From Cyanobacteriota bacterium (GTDB taxonomy: Bacteria; Cyanobacteriota; Cyanobacteriia; Cyanobacteriales; Nostocaceae), in the NCBI GenBank assembly GCA_046045965.1, contig JBJOKS010000015.1, positions 32,001 to 96,000 on the forward strand: a stretch of 64,000 bases of DNA, written 5' to 3'. Below, piece by piece: positions 20,272 through 30,127 of the stretch. Each line of letters opens with the position of its first letter. Positions within the stretch are counted from its first letter, which is position 1. A program made the translations under genes and the position numbers. The notes below the pieces were generated by a model that worked only from the letters and a program-made list of their open reading frames with translations, was not told the origin of the DNA and searched no databases.

Positions 20272-21066
20272 ATGTTCAAAGATATTCGAGACTATCAAAT
20301 TTTATTTCTCAGTCTATTCCTCATCTTGGGAATAGGGACAAGAGACTGGACACTGCGGCCTGAATTGATTTTAATAGCGATCGCCACCTGTGTAATCACA
20401 CAATCTATATTCTCATTAGTCACCGCAAAAGAAGCAAATATCAATCTTCGCAGTTCCCTCATCACCTCTCTCGGACTCAGTTTACTACTACGGGCTGACC
20501 ATTGGACAACAATGGCTTTAGCCGCAGCAACTGCCATCGGTAGCAAATTTATCTTCCAAACAGGTGATAAACATTTCTTTAACCCCGCCAACTTTGGCAT
20601 TATTTCCGCCTTAGCACTAACTCCTGATGCGTGGGTTTCCCCCGGTCAGTGGGGGGAAGAATGGTGGTATTGTCTGTTATTTGTGGGTACTGGAGGGATG
20701 ATTTTACAACGAGTTGGCCGTTGGGACACTACCGCAGCTTTTTTAAGTGCATATTCCCTACTGGAAGCAGTTCGTAATATTTGGTTAGGTTGGACTTGGG
20801 ATGTTTACTTACATCGGTTGATGAGTGGGTCTTTGTTACTATTTGCCTTATTTATGGTGACAGATCCCCGTTCTATTCCTAACGCCCCCATCGGTCGTAT
20901 TATTTGGGCTGTATGTATCGCCATTATCACCTTTATTTTGCGGAATTATTTCTACCTTTCTACCGCAGTTTTCTGGGCTTTATTTGCCCTTGCACCTTTA
21001 ACTATTCTCATAGATACTCTCTGGTTTGCCCCTAGATTTTCTTGGTTACAAGAAGAAAATTCTTAA
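20272..21066 (+). CDS. RnfD/NqrB-like integral membrane protein
   Basis: HFFNPANFG and FMVTDPRS motifs, multiple TM helices; no other rnf/nqr genes nearby. Confidence 0.72.
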   Translation: MFKDIRDYQILFLSLFLILGIGTRDWTLRPELILIAIATCVITQSIFSLVTAKEANINLRSSLITSLGLSLLLRADHWTTMALAAATAIGSKFIFQTGDKHFFNPANFGIISALALTPDAWVSPGQWGEEWWYCLLFVGTGGMILQRVGRWDTTAAFLSAYSLLEAVRNIWLGWTWDVYLHRLMSGSLLLFALFMVTDPRSIPNAPIGRIIWAVCIAIITFILRNYFYLSTAVFWALFALAPLTILIDTLWFAPRFSWLQEENS

Positions 21067-21096
21067 TTCACAAATTGTAGCTTTCAATTACCAATT

Positions 21097-22482
21097 ATGA
21101 AAACAATGAAAAATTTTCGCTTGTTCATTCCCTTACTAATAGCACTTGTTACTGTGCTATCTTTTGCCCCTACAGCTTTAGCTTTTTGTGGTTTTTATGT
21201 TGCTAAAGCTGATACGAAATTGTATAACCAAGCTTCTCAAGTGGTCATTGCGCGAGATGGTAACAAAACAGTATTAACAATGGCTAACGACTTTCAAGGA
21301 GAAGTAAAAGACTTTGCAATGGTTGTACCTGTTCCTACAGTCATACAACAAGAACAAGTTCGCGTTGCTCAACCCAATATTATTGAAAGATTGGATGCTT
21401 TTAGCGCCCCTAGATTGGTAGAATATTTTGATGAAGATCCCTGTTCTCCAAAGAACAGACCACAATCATTATTAGCACCAACAGCAGCTACAAGAAGTGG
21501 ACGATCTGAAGAAAAAGCAATGCAAGATAATAGTTTAGGTGTGACAGTTGAGGCTCGGTTTAATGTCGGTGAATATGATATTTTGATCCTCAGTGCTAAA
21601 GAATCTAATGGTTTGGAAACTTGGTTAAATCGCAATGGCTATAAAATGCCTAGAGGTGCAAATCAATTACTCAAACCTTACATCCGTTCTTCTATGAAGT
21701 TCTTTGTTGCTAAAGTCAACTTAGATAAATTTGCAGAATCTGGTTATCAATTTCTGCGACCTTTGCAAATTGCTTATGAGTCACCCAAGTTTATGTTACC
21801 CATTCGTTTGGGGATGATTAACTCTACAAATGAGCAAGATTTGATTGTTTATATTCTCTCACCCCAAGGACAAGCAGAAGTCACCAACTACCGCACGGTA
21901 AAAGTTCCTTCTAATGTGAATATTCCTGTTTTTGTCAAAAACGAATTTGGCGACTTTTATAAATCTATGTTCCAAACTTCTTACACCAAAGAAGATAAAA
22001 AAGTTGCATTTCTAGAATATGCTTGGGATATGGGTAATTGCGATCCCTGTTCTGCTCAACCTCTCAACCCGGAAGAACTCAAGCAAGCTGGTGTATTTTG
22101 GTTGGATCAAAATGGCAATAATAACAATAGAATAGCACCTGGTTTTGGTTTTCCATTCTCTAACAGTAATGTTTACGTTACCCGTTTGCACGTCCGCTAT
22201 ACTCGTAATAAGTTCCCTGAAGATTTGATGTTTCAAACAACTTCTAACCGAGAATCTTTTCAAGGACGTTATGTTTTACAACATCCGTTTACAGGTAATT
22301 TACAATGTTCTGCGGGGAGGGAATATAAACGGTCTTTATCTCGACGTTTTGAACAAGAAGCGCAAACTTTAGCACAATTAACAAACTGGAAAATTCAAGA
22401 CATTCGCCAAAAAATGAAGTTTAATGTCGGAAATCTCACAACTTCTTGGTGGGAAAATCTCTTAATGTTTTTTGGATTTTAA
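21097..22482 (+). CDS. DUF2330 family exported protein
   Basis: Signal peptide followed by FCGFYVAKAD; DFAMVVPVP, WDMGNCDPCS and VTRLHVRY motifs. Confidence 0.8.
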   Translation: MKTMKNFRLFIPLLIALVTVLSFAPTALAFCGFYVAKADTKLYNQASQVVIARDGNKTVLTMANDFQGEVKDFAMVVPVPTVIQQEQVRVAQPNIIERLDAFSAPRLVEYFDEDPCSPKNRPQSLLAPTAATRSGRSEEKAMQDNSLGVTVEARFNVGEYDILILSAKESNGLETWLNRNGYKMPRGANQLLKPYIRSSMKFFVAKVNLDKFAESGYQFLRPLQIAYESPKFMLPIRLGMINSTNEQDLIVYILSPQGQAEVTNYRTVKVPSNVNIPVFVKNEFGDFYKSMFQTSYTKEDKKVAFLEYAWDMGNCDPCSAQPLNPEELKQAGVFWLDQNGNNNNRIAPGFGFPFSNSNVYVTRLHVRYTRNKFPEDLMFQTTSNRESFQGRYVLQHPFTGNLQCSAGREYKRSLSRRFEQEAQTLAQLTNWKIQDIRQKMKFNVGNLTTSWWENLLMFFGF

Positions 22483-22579
22483 ATAATTCTGTAATCACCA
22501 AATCCCCAACTTCTCAAAGAAGCCGGGGATCTATTGTTTTCAAATTGATTAAAATTTAGACAAGAAAATCAAGTTTTAT

Positions 22580-23164
22580 CTACAACCGGGAACATTGATC
22601 TTCTTTATTACCTTGGACAATATTGCCTCCACCCGTTGGTGCAGGACGGTTTTCTTTACATTGCAGATTACCATCAATTTTGTTAGTTCTGATAGTGATT
22701 CCTCCTGTGTTTTTAAAAGCCTGTAAATTACCGCCAATTGTGTTACCATTTGCAGTTAACTGAGCAGTATTCTCATCAAATTGTAAGTCTTGATTGATTC
22801 GAGAATTAGTAATCTGTGCTGCTCCAGATTGTTTGATTTGGATACTACCACCAATTACTGAGTTAGAATTAACAACCACATTTTTTGAGTTTTCAGCCTG
22901 AATGTTACCAACTACATTTATATTGGTTGCTCTGAGTGTTGCTTTAGACTCGACCTTGATATTACCTTTTACTTTTGTTCCAGATAAAGTACAAGTAGCA
23001 CCATCAGGTACTCGAAGGTTATCAACTGTAACAGCACCTAGTCTACTGCGACAGGTAACTTCTTCAGCTAGGACAAGTGTGGAGGAAGATAGAATCGCAG
23101 ATGCACCCAAAATAGCTATTGAAAAAAAATGTCTCTTGTTCATGGAAAAACCTATCATTCTCAT
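22580..23164 (-). CDS. Secreted hypothetical protein, probable beta-helix
   Basis: Signal peptide, repeated V/I-x-G-N/S-I/L-Q units and four Cys. Confidence 0.6.
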   Translation of the reverse strand: MRMIGFSMNKRHFFSIAILGASAILSSSTLVLAEEVTCRSRLGAVTVDNLRVPDGATCTLSGTKVKGNIKVESKATLRATNINVVGNIQAENSKNVVVNSNSVIGGSIQIKQSGAAQITNSRINQDLQFDENTAQLTANGNTIGGNLQAFKNTGGITIRTNKIDGNLQCKENRPAPTGGGNIVQGNKEDQCSRL

Positions 23165-23246
23165 GTTCAGTCGATAACTTTCTGAATGACGGTAATCAGG
23201 ATCTCTTGTTCCCGGTACTTACTTGAGAATACTGAAGCAGTGAAAA

Positions 23247-23810
23247 TTATTGTTTAATTCTGGGATGCTGGGGACGACAAGGACTTCCCCAACATACTTG
23301 GCCTGCTGGCATATTGGTAAATACACTGCTACGCGCACCTATGACAGCATTAGCACCAATTTCTACTCCCAGTCCAATAAAACAATCTGTTGCTACCCAT
23401 GCACCGTTACCAACGGTAATACTTGCGGTTTTCAACCCAAAGGCTGGATCTTGAATATCATGACTACCTGTACACAGGTAACTTTTTTGGGAAACTATAC
23501 AATGTTCACCAATGTGAATCTGATCCAAGCTGTAAAATACTACATCATCACCAATCCAACTATAATCACCAATGGTAACTTTCCAAGGGTAGGTAAAACG
23601 GGCTGTGGGTCGAATTACTACGCTTTTGCCAATTTTCGCTCCAAACAGTCTCAGTAGGTTACAACGGAGATTATTTAGTGGGTGGAGAGTGAGAGGAAAG
23701 GCGATCGCTTGCACTAACCACCATAACAAAACATACCAACCCGGACGACCACGATCAAACCTGGATTGATCATATTTGCGTAAATCTACAAATGGTTTTT
23801 CATCTGTCAT
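23247..23810 (-). CDS. hpsU: WcaF-family polysaccharide O-acetyltransferase (HpsU-like)
   Basis: LRLFGAKIG, YPWKVTIGDYSWIGD and LCTGSHD motifs; hexapeptide repeats. Confidence 0.7.
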   Translation of the reverse strand: MTDEKPFVDLRKYDQSRFDRGRPGWYVLLWWLVQAIAFPLTLHPLNNLRCNLLRLFGAKIGKSVVIRPTARFTYPWKVTIGDYSWIGDDVVFYSLDQIHIGEHCIVSQKSYLCTGSHDIQDPAFGLKTASITVGNGAWVATDCFIGLGVEIGANAVIGARSSVFTNMPAGQVCWGSPCRPQHPRIKQ

Positions 23811-23818
23811 TGGTAATT

Positions 23819-23962
23819 GGGGACTCTTTACTGGGGACTCTTTACTGGGGACTGGGTACTCTTTACTGGGTACTGGGTACTGGGTACTGGGTACTGGGTA
23901 CTGGGTACTGGGTTATTAGTTTTTAGCTAATAACTAATGACTAATGACTAATAACTAATGAC
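23819..23962. repeat. Mixed short tandem repeats (GGGGACTCTTTACT, GGGTACT, TAATGAC/TAATAAC)
   Basis: Read directly from the sequence. Confidence 0.9.
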
Positions 23963-24904
23963 TTAAATTGCTGTTTTTTCAACTTCTTTATTGACAGGTT
24001 TAAGAACAGATTCAGCAGTTTTGGCAACGTTTAAAGTTCCACCTAAAGATCGTAATTCGTAAAGTTTGACTCCTATTTGATATTCATATTGACTCAATAA
24101 ACGTCCATAGATATATCCGGCTTTGCCATCTAAAAAACCACGTTGAATAAAGTAGAATAAGATAAACCGCAAGAATGGTTTAAATGGCAAGCGTACCCAC
24201 AGAGTTTTTAAGAAACGTTTGCGTTGTACCGCATCACCAAATAAATTTGCGCCTATAGTACCACTGTCATCTTTACCTGTAAGTAAATTAAAATAAACAC
24301 GGGCTTCCCAGTTAGAATATCTATTATGTCTTTCTAACCAGTGATAGATATCCCGGAAGTCCTCGTGGATCATATCATGTTTAAGATAGCCAACTTTTCC
24401 TTGCAATATTACGTGTTCGTGAACTTCGTTATCCCCTGTGTTGGGTATATCTTCAGTGTTCAGGTTTTCGTAACGGCCTTTTTGATGTTTAAATAACCGC
24501 AAATTCCAATCAGGATATTTACCACCGTGACGAATCCATTTCCCTAAGAAAAATACACGGCGATTGATATAATAACCATTACATTCATCCTTTTTAATTA
24601 ATTCAGCAATTTCTGCCCATGATTCAGGTGTAATGCGTTCATCACAATCAACTATTAATACCCATTCATTGCGAAAAGGCAGGTTTTCTAATGACCAATT
24701 TTTCTTTTTTGGCCAACTGCCATTAAATTTAAATTGTACGACTTTAGCACCGTAACTTTCGGCTATTTCGATGCTGCGATCAGTGCTTTGCGAATCAACA
24801 ACAAAAATTTCATCGGCTACTTGTAAACTCGTAAGACAAGCTGGTAGGTTTGCTTGTTCGTTTTTGGCGGGAATGAGTACGGAAACTGGTATCTTAGATG
24901 ACAT
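23963..24904 (-). CDS. Glycosyltransferase family 2
   Basis: VLIPAKNE, VVDSQSTD and VDCDE (DxD) motifs. Confidence 0.9.
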   Translation of the reverse strand: MSSKIPVSVLIPAKNEQANLPACLTSLQVADEIFVVDSQSTDRSIEIAESYGAKVVQFKFNGSWPKKKNWSLENLPFRNEWVLIVDCDERITPESWAEIAELIKKDECNGYYINRRVFFLGKWIRHGGKYPDWNLRLFKHQKGRYENLNTEDIPNTGDNEVHEHVILQGKVGYLKHDMIHEDFRDIYHWLERHNRYSNWEARVYFNLLTGKDDSGTIGANLFGDAVQRKRFLKTLWVRLPFKPFLRFILFYFIQRGFLDGKAGYIYGRLLSQYEYQIGVKLYELRSLGGTLNVAKTAESVLKPVNKEVEKTAI

Positions 24905-24922
24905 AATAATTGTTATTTTAAT

Positions 24923-25855
24923 TCATTTTTTGTTGTGTTTAGACAGCAGTCCGTGAATGGCAGCATTTAAGTAACCAATCTGACTATAAGCATAGACCAA
25001 TTTATCAAATCTTTCGGCAGGGTCAGTAATATATTGTAATGATTTATATAAGCCACGCAAACACTTTTCGCTTCCTCGTTGCAGTTGTCCAATCCCAGCT
25101 TGACCAGCTAGTTGTTCTCTATAGCATTCACTAATGCCTTGCCACCAACCCCGGTTGAAAAACCAGGAGGGTTTTAGCCGTTCTGGGGCGACATTGTGAG
25201 CTACTAAGGCTGCGGGAAGATAAGCGACTTGCCAACCACGCTGGAGGGCAAATTCGGTCATTTGCAGTTCTTCGTTGGATAAGAGGTTTTTGCCGACTCT
25301 TCCGAGTTGTGGATCAAAACCTCCTATCTCGTCTAGAAAACTACGACGGATGGAGTAATTTAAGCCTCTAGGGGTGGAACCTGGTTGTTGAATGTGGAGG
25401 ATGTTGTCTCCTAAGTCGTAAGCTCCTAAGTTAGCAGCTAGTCCGGGAGATAGCCATTTTGGTGGTTGGATGTCTGGAGGCCAAAGTAGAGTAACTTTAC
25501 CACCGGCGATCGCTAATTTAGAATTATTTTGATATGCTGAGTACAAAACTTGCAACCATTGGGGACTGGCTTCTGCATCATCATCTAAATAGGCGATAAT
25601 GTCGGCATTGGCAGCTTTAGCCCCTGTGTTACGAGCTACCGATAAGCCAATAGTTGGTTCAAAAATATACTTCAGGTGAGGATGCTGGGATCTTTGTTCT
25701 ACTACTTCACGGGTGCGATCGCTTGAACCATTATCCACTACCACGATTTCAAAGTTAGCAGTAAATTCCTGCCCTAGCAGACTGTCAATTGCTGCGCCTA
25801 AGTAGGTATCTCGATTGTGAGTACAAATGATGGCAGAAATCTGGATATCTGGCAT
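24923..25855 (-). CDS. Glycosyltransferase family 2
   Basis: IICTHNR, VVDNGSSD, GLSVARN and YLDDD motifs. Confidence 0.9.
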   Translation of the reverse strand: MPDIQISAIICTHNRDTYLGAAIDSLLGQEFTANFEIVVVDNGSSDRTREVVEQRSQHPHLKYIFEPTIGLSVARNTGAKAANADIIAYLDDDAEASPQWLQVLYSAYQNNSKLAIAGGKVTLLWPPDIQPPKWLSPGLAANLGAYDLGDNILHIQQPGSTPRGLNYSIRRSFLDEIGGFDPQLGRVGKNLLSNEELQMTEFALQRGWQVAYLPAALVAHNVAPERLKPSWFFNRGWWQGISECYREQLAGQAGIGQLQRGSEKCLRGLYKSLQYITDPAERFDKLVYAYSQIGYLNAAIHGLLSKHNKK

Positions 25856-26041
25856 AGTCCTGGTTTGGTACTGAGGAATTTGAGTTTTTAGTTGAAAATA
25901 CTCAAATCAATTCTACTCTGGCTCTCTGTTTGTTAATATACCCTAAAATTCACCAAGTTTACCAGCCGTATTTATACTGTAAAAAACTTTATGAAAACTT
26001 GTTAATTCCTTCATATTTAATTCATCCAATTTTTTGCCAAA

Positions 26042-26848
26042 CTATAATTGTTGAATATGGCTGTGTAAAGCCACAAGTGTTTCCGCTAATTGGCTTAAGC
26101 GAGTTTCTAGATGCTGCTTGCGTCCAAACAGTTGACGTAATTTTTGATACCTGGCAATAGCCATACTAACGGTAGGAACCTGATCGACTGGACATTGACG
26201 AGACCAAACTTTACCAGACTCATCAATTCCACAAAGGCGGTAGCCAGTACGGGATGATTGATAGGATACCTTCTCTCCAGACTCGCAAATTTCCTGCACA
26301 TAATCCATCAGCCGTTCAACTTCCGCATGACGCAGGGTTGCGGTTCCCCCTGGTTCTGCTTCTTGGGGATTGGATTCTAACCAGCCATTAATAACTGGAC
26401 CTTCTAAGTAAATATCCTGAATTTCTTGAAGAATTGTTTGTAATTCTATTTGCCACCCTGCCACCGTCTCTTGAATATCCTGTAGGAGATTCATAGCAAA
26501 TGCTGGATTTGCACCGTGACGATGGTTACTAAAGCTTGGTGATTTAAATTTGGGTAAGCTGGGTGTTTTTCCTCCAGTTTCTTGGGCGGGAAAAGTCTGT
26601 ACGGAATTATGTTTGGGAAATAAATGCTGCTGTAATTCGGTTTCGATCTTAGTATTTGTATTTACATCAACTGTACTGATGCCTTCATCGGTGGAAGTTT
26701 CTCTACTTTCTCCAGCTTTGTTAGATCCGATACTAATCCTAAAGGAGAATGGGCGTTTTGTCCCATCACCTGTTTCTGGTGGCAACTGAGTTCCGTGTAT
26801 ACCTAAATCATGTAGAGTTGCCTCAATGCGTTTTAAGCCTGGTTTCAT
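26042..26848 (-). CDS. Conserved cyanobacterial hypothetical protein
   Basis: Long ORF with HRHGANP, YLEGPVINGWLES and GYRLCG blocks; function unknown. Confidence 0.7.
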   Translation of the reverse strand: MKPGLKRIEATLHDLGIHGTQLPPETGDGTKRPFSFRISIGSNKAGESRETSTDEGISTVDVNTNTKIETELQQHLFPKHNSVQTFPAQETGGKTPSLPKFKSPSFSNHRHGANPAFAMNLLQDIQETVAGWQIELQTILQEIQDIYLEGPVINGWLESNPQEAEPGGTATLRHAEVERLMDYVQEICESGEKVSYQSSRTGYRLCGIDESGKVWSRQCPVDQVPTVSMAIARYQKLRQLFGRKQHLETRLSQLAETLVALHSHIQQL

Positions 26849-27015
26849 AAACAGATCCTGAAGCTTGTTCTGCTGGTATTGTTAACTATTGAGAGTTTGT
26901 TAAGAGCGCAAATTTATTGAGAAACTTTTCTTTATTGTATAAGGAATTATAGTAATTGATAAGAATCTTAACTAGAAATCAGGACTGTTTTGAACAGATA
27001 TATGTCAAGATAATT

Positions 27016-27564
27016 ATGAGTAGAGTTATTTTAGTAACAGGTCCAGCACGCTCAGGGAAAAGTGAATGGGCGGAAAATTTAGCAATTCAGTCCAGAAATC
27101 CAGTTATTTATATAGCAACAGCTACAGAAAATCCCGATGATCAAGAGTGGCAACAACGTATTGAAAAACACAAACAACGTCGGCCGCAAGATTGGGTAAC
27201 TCTTTCTGTACCTGTGGAACTTGCTGCTACTCTCAGTAATGCCAAATCTGATACCTGTATTTTGATTGATTCTTTGGGAACTTGGGTAGCTAATTTTTTG
27301 GAAGAGGATGATTTAAACTGGGAAAAAACCTTGGCAGAGTTGTTAGCAGTTATATCTTTAGTTGAGGCTGAGTTGCTGTTTGTTGCCGAAGAAACAGGTT
27401 GGGGTGTAGTTCCAGCTTATCCCATAGGTAGGAAGTTTCGCGATCGCTTGGGTGCTTTAGTCCGTCAGTTAGGTGCGATGTGTGAAACGGTTTACTTAGT
27501 AACTGGTGGTCATGTTCTCAATCTCAGTGTTATCGGTTTTCCCTTACCACCCACAAAGTCTTAA
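27016..27564 (+). CDS. cobU: Adenosylcobinamide kinase / cobinamide-phosphate guanylyltransferase
   Basis: VTGPARSGKS, HKQRRP, EETGWGVVP and FRDRLG motifs. Confidence 0.92.
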   Translation: MSRVILVTGPARSGKSEWAENLAIQSRNPVIYIATATENPDDQEWQQRIEKHKQRRPQDWVTLSVPVELAATLSNAKSDTCILIDSLGTWVANFLEEDDLNWEKTLAELLAVISLVEAELLFVAEETGWGVVPAYPIGRKFRDRLGALVRQLGAMCETVYLVTGGHVLNLSVIGFPLPPTKS

Positions 27565-27621
27565 TTCAAAATTAAAGATTCACCAGGTAAAATTTCGGAA
27601 TTAGCCACTAAAATTAAGATT

Positions 27622-28065
27622 ATGGCAAATAAACAAGACGTAAAAAAATATCTTGCTCACTGGTTTCAGTTAGGGAAGAAAGTTATAGTTGGTCACAGTG
27701 ATCAAAGCTTCTTACCTAACCCAGTGTTAAAGGGCGATCGCTATAGTCCAGAATTTGAAGAGTCTTGGGAAACAATTCTTTCCTTAGAAACCCGTGATTG
27801 TTATTTAGAAGGCACTCAAGAAACTATAGCCCAACTGCTGACACCAACATGGGAAGTGCTTCCTTGTGGACGCTGTGCCATGTTAGTACCCGTTAAAACT
27901 ATGGGAATGCCATCAATATTGTGTCCTTGTTATTATTTGGACACCTGGCCTAATAATGAATTACCAGCGCCAAGATGTCCAGTGAATAGTCAACAACAAT
28001 TGATAGGAATTCGCGATGCCTGTAGCGAGCGAAGCGATCGCTTGCTGGAAAATGTATCTTCGTAA
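27622..28065 (+). CDS. Conserved cyanobacterial hypothetical protein (Cys-rich C-terminal half)
   Basis: YLAHWFQLGK, CGRCAM, CPC and WPNNELPAPR blocks. Confidence 0.7.
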   Translation: MANKQDVKKYLAHWFQLGKKVIVGHSDQSFLPNPVLKGDRYSPEFEESWETILSLETRDCYLEGTQETIAQLLTPTWEVLPCGRCAMLVPVKTMGMPSILCPCYYLDTWPNNELPAPRCPVNSQQQLIGIRDACSERSDRLLENVSS

Positions 28066-28092
28066 ATTTAACAACTTGTTAACCACATACAG

Positions 28093-28127
<35 letters not shown>

Positions 28128-28624
28128 AAAACAGGGGAATGTGTATAGGTTTCAATTTTGATTCTGTACCTCATTGATCTGCAATCTACTATAAGTTGTT
28201 AAATCATTCTTTTTAAGAGATTTTTAAAGAGATTTAAATAAAATTGTGGTTTTCCCTATAAATAACCACTTCATTTATATATATAGTTTTGCATTTGAGT
28301 CAAATACAGTTAAATACCTCTTTTCAAACCTCTCTCCCACAAGGATAGGGGTTTTGTCTTTTTCAATTCCATCCAGAACCACTATAACAGAGAGTTTTGA
28401 ATCTGGAATTTTCATCTTTATTATTTTTGCACAATTACTTATAATTAGCGCGTGTATTTTTCGGAAATACGGATTTCTAAATCTGGTAATTAAGTTTGCA
28501 TAAATTGAGCATGACTTCAAGGGTTACTCCTCGATATTCTATTAACAAGCGAGGAATTGAGCAGCACGCAAAACTAAATCAACTCCAAGCGATAACGAAG
28601 ATCAAGATCAAGGAGATTTCTATC

Positions 28625-28840
28625 ATGTCTAACTTATTTACCGCAGTATCCGTTGAACAACAAGAAATCGTAGCTGGTGGTATTACATTGGATGAGTTAA
28701 CTGGAACTGCTTTCTCTGAAGAAATTCTGCTATTTGATACCACTCTTTCCTCTAATCGTAACGGTAGCACAGTAGATCAGTTTGTTTTCGCTTCTGATGT
28801 ATTTACTGATGCTTTCAAAGATGTTAACATCAACATCTAA
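28625..28840 (+). CDS. Double-glycine leader peptide precursor, CTB-type (71 aa)
   Basis: AGGAG RBS, then MSNLFTAVSVEQQEIVAGG followed by a 52-aa core; upstream of a C39 transporter. Confidence 0.85.
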   Translation: MSNLFTAVSVEQQEIVAGGITLDELTGTAFSEEILLFDTTLSSNRNGSTVDQFVFASDVFTDAFKDVNINI

Positions 28841-29314
28841 TTGATTAATTATTAGGCAATTAACTCATATACAAAATTAATTGCCTAAGCTTCTTCCATC
28901 ACTCTTGGATAAATTGAAGATTTGTCGGCGTTCCAGTCAAGGTAAATTCGATATTTGCTCTGAAAGTGATGGAAGATTGTTAATCTAATCAGTTGTGAAA
29001 TTAGGATTTTTTTGGTTTTTTGATATATATCTTAATAAGAAAATCAACATAATTAAACTTAAAATTTCAGGATATAGCTCCCCGAATTCTCTAAGAAGTC
29101 GGGTATATTGTTGTTGATATTTAAATACTTCTCTCTAATAATTAGCGCGTGTATTTTTCGGAAATAAAGATTTCTAAAGTTGGAAATTAAGTTTGCAGAA
29201 ATTGAGCATGACTTCAAGGGTTAGTCCTCGATATTCTATTAACAAGCGAGGAGTTGAGCAGCACGCAAGACAAATCAACTCCAAGCAATAACTCAGATCA
29301 AGGAGATTTCTATC

Positions 29315-29533
29315 ATGTCTAACTTATTTACCGCAGTATCCGCTGAACAACAAGAAATCGTAGCTGGTGGAAGCATTACATTGGATGAATTGGCTGCAAC
29401 TATTTTCTCTGAAGAAATACTGCTATTTGATACCACTCTTTCATCTAATGGTAACGGTAGCACAGTAGATCAGTTTGTTTTCGCTTCGGATGTATTTACT
29501 GATGCTTTCAAAGATGTTAACCTCAGCATCTAA
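29315..29533 (+). CDS. Double-glycine leader peptide precursor, CTB-type (72 aa, paralog)
   Basis: MSNLFTAVSAEQQEIVAGG followed by a 53-aa core, nearly identical to the first copy. Confidence 0.85.
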   Translation: MSNLFTAVSAEQQEIVAGGSITLDELAATIFSEEILLFDTTLSSNGNGSTVDQFVFASDVFTDAFKDVNLSI

Positions 29534-29722
29534 TAACATCTAATTGAGTAATCATTAGGCAATTAAATCATATACAAAATTAATTGCCTAATCTTCTTCC
29601 ATCACTCTTAGATAAATTCAAAATGTTTCGGCGATACAGTCAACGTAAATTCCATATTTAATTTGAAAGTGATGGAAGATATCTATTTGGCTTTAATCAT
29701 AAAATAACCAAAAAATAACCAT

Positions 29723-30031
29723 ATGTCTGAAGATATCAAAACCCCAAAATCTGAATTATTCTATGATTTGTCTGAACAAGAACAAGAGTCAGTAGTTGGA
29801 GGAATTTCCTATTATTCACTTGATATTCAAAAGACAGATATATACTCTTATGCCTTGAATGAAACAAATTTTTCTGATGGTAACAAGAATTTTTCTACCA
29901 AACAACAAACTGGATATCTGCTTTCACAAATTACTATTGGATTGAATATATTTGCTCAAGAAAGCTGGCAAAGTTTCAACCAGAGTAGCTTAAGTTTATT
30001 AAATACGTTATTTCGGCTTCTACATTTTTAA
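29723..30031 (+). CDS. Third double-glycine leader precursor (divergent, 102 aa)
   Basis: Leader ...ELFYDLSEQEQESVVGG; hydrophobic/amphipathic C-terminus LSLLNTLFRLLHF. Confidence 0.78.
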   Translation: MSEDIKTPKSELFYDLSEQEQESVVGGISYYSLDIQKTDIYSYALNETNFSDGNKNFSTKQQTGYLLSQITIGLNIFAQESWQSFNQSSLSLLNTLFRLLHF

Positions 30032-30127
30032 ACTTGACAATCAAAAAGATTACTGAAAACCTAAGATAAGCAAACAGATTGACAACATTTTTGGTTGATA
30101 GTTGTTAATCTGTAAACTAATTAATCT

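Larger units (their letters stand above)
28441..29680 (+). repeat. Duplication of a ~540-bp precursor-gene cassette (28441-28977 and 29138-29680)
   Basis: Upstream region, RBS (AAGGAGATTTCTATCATG), gene and 3' hairpins align between the two copies. Confidence 0.92.

Noticed and set aside
23250..23657. 135-aa antisense ORF, representative of the many short shadow ORFs in the track
   Set aside because: Lies opposite a well-supported gene and has no recognisable motifs.
28246..28520. Overlapping 81-85 aa ORFs upstream of the precursors
   Set aside because: No RBS or motifs; they overlap the duplicated promoter region and are probably spurious.
28496..28624. N-terminal extension of the first precursor in the ORF track
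   Set aside because: The AGGAG RBS and the paralog at 29315 both place the start at 28625.
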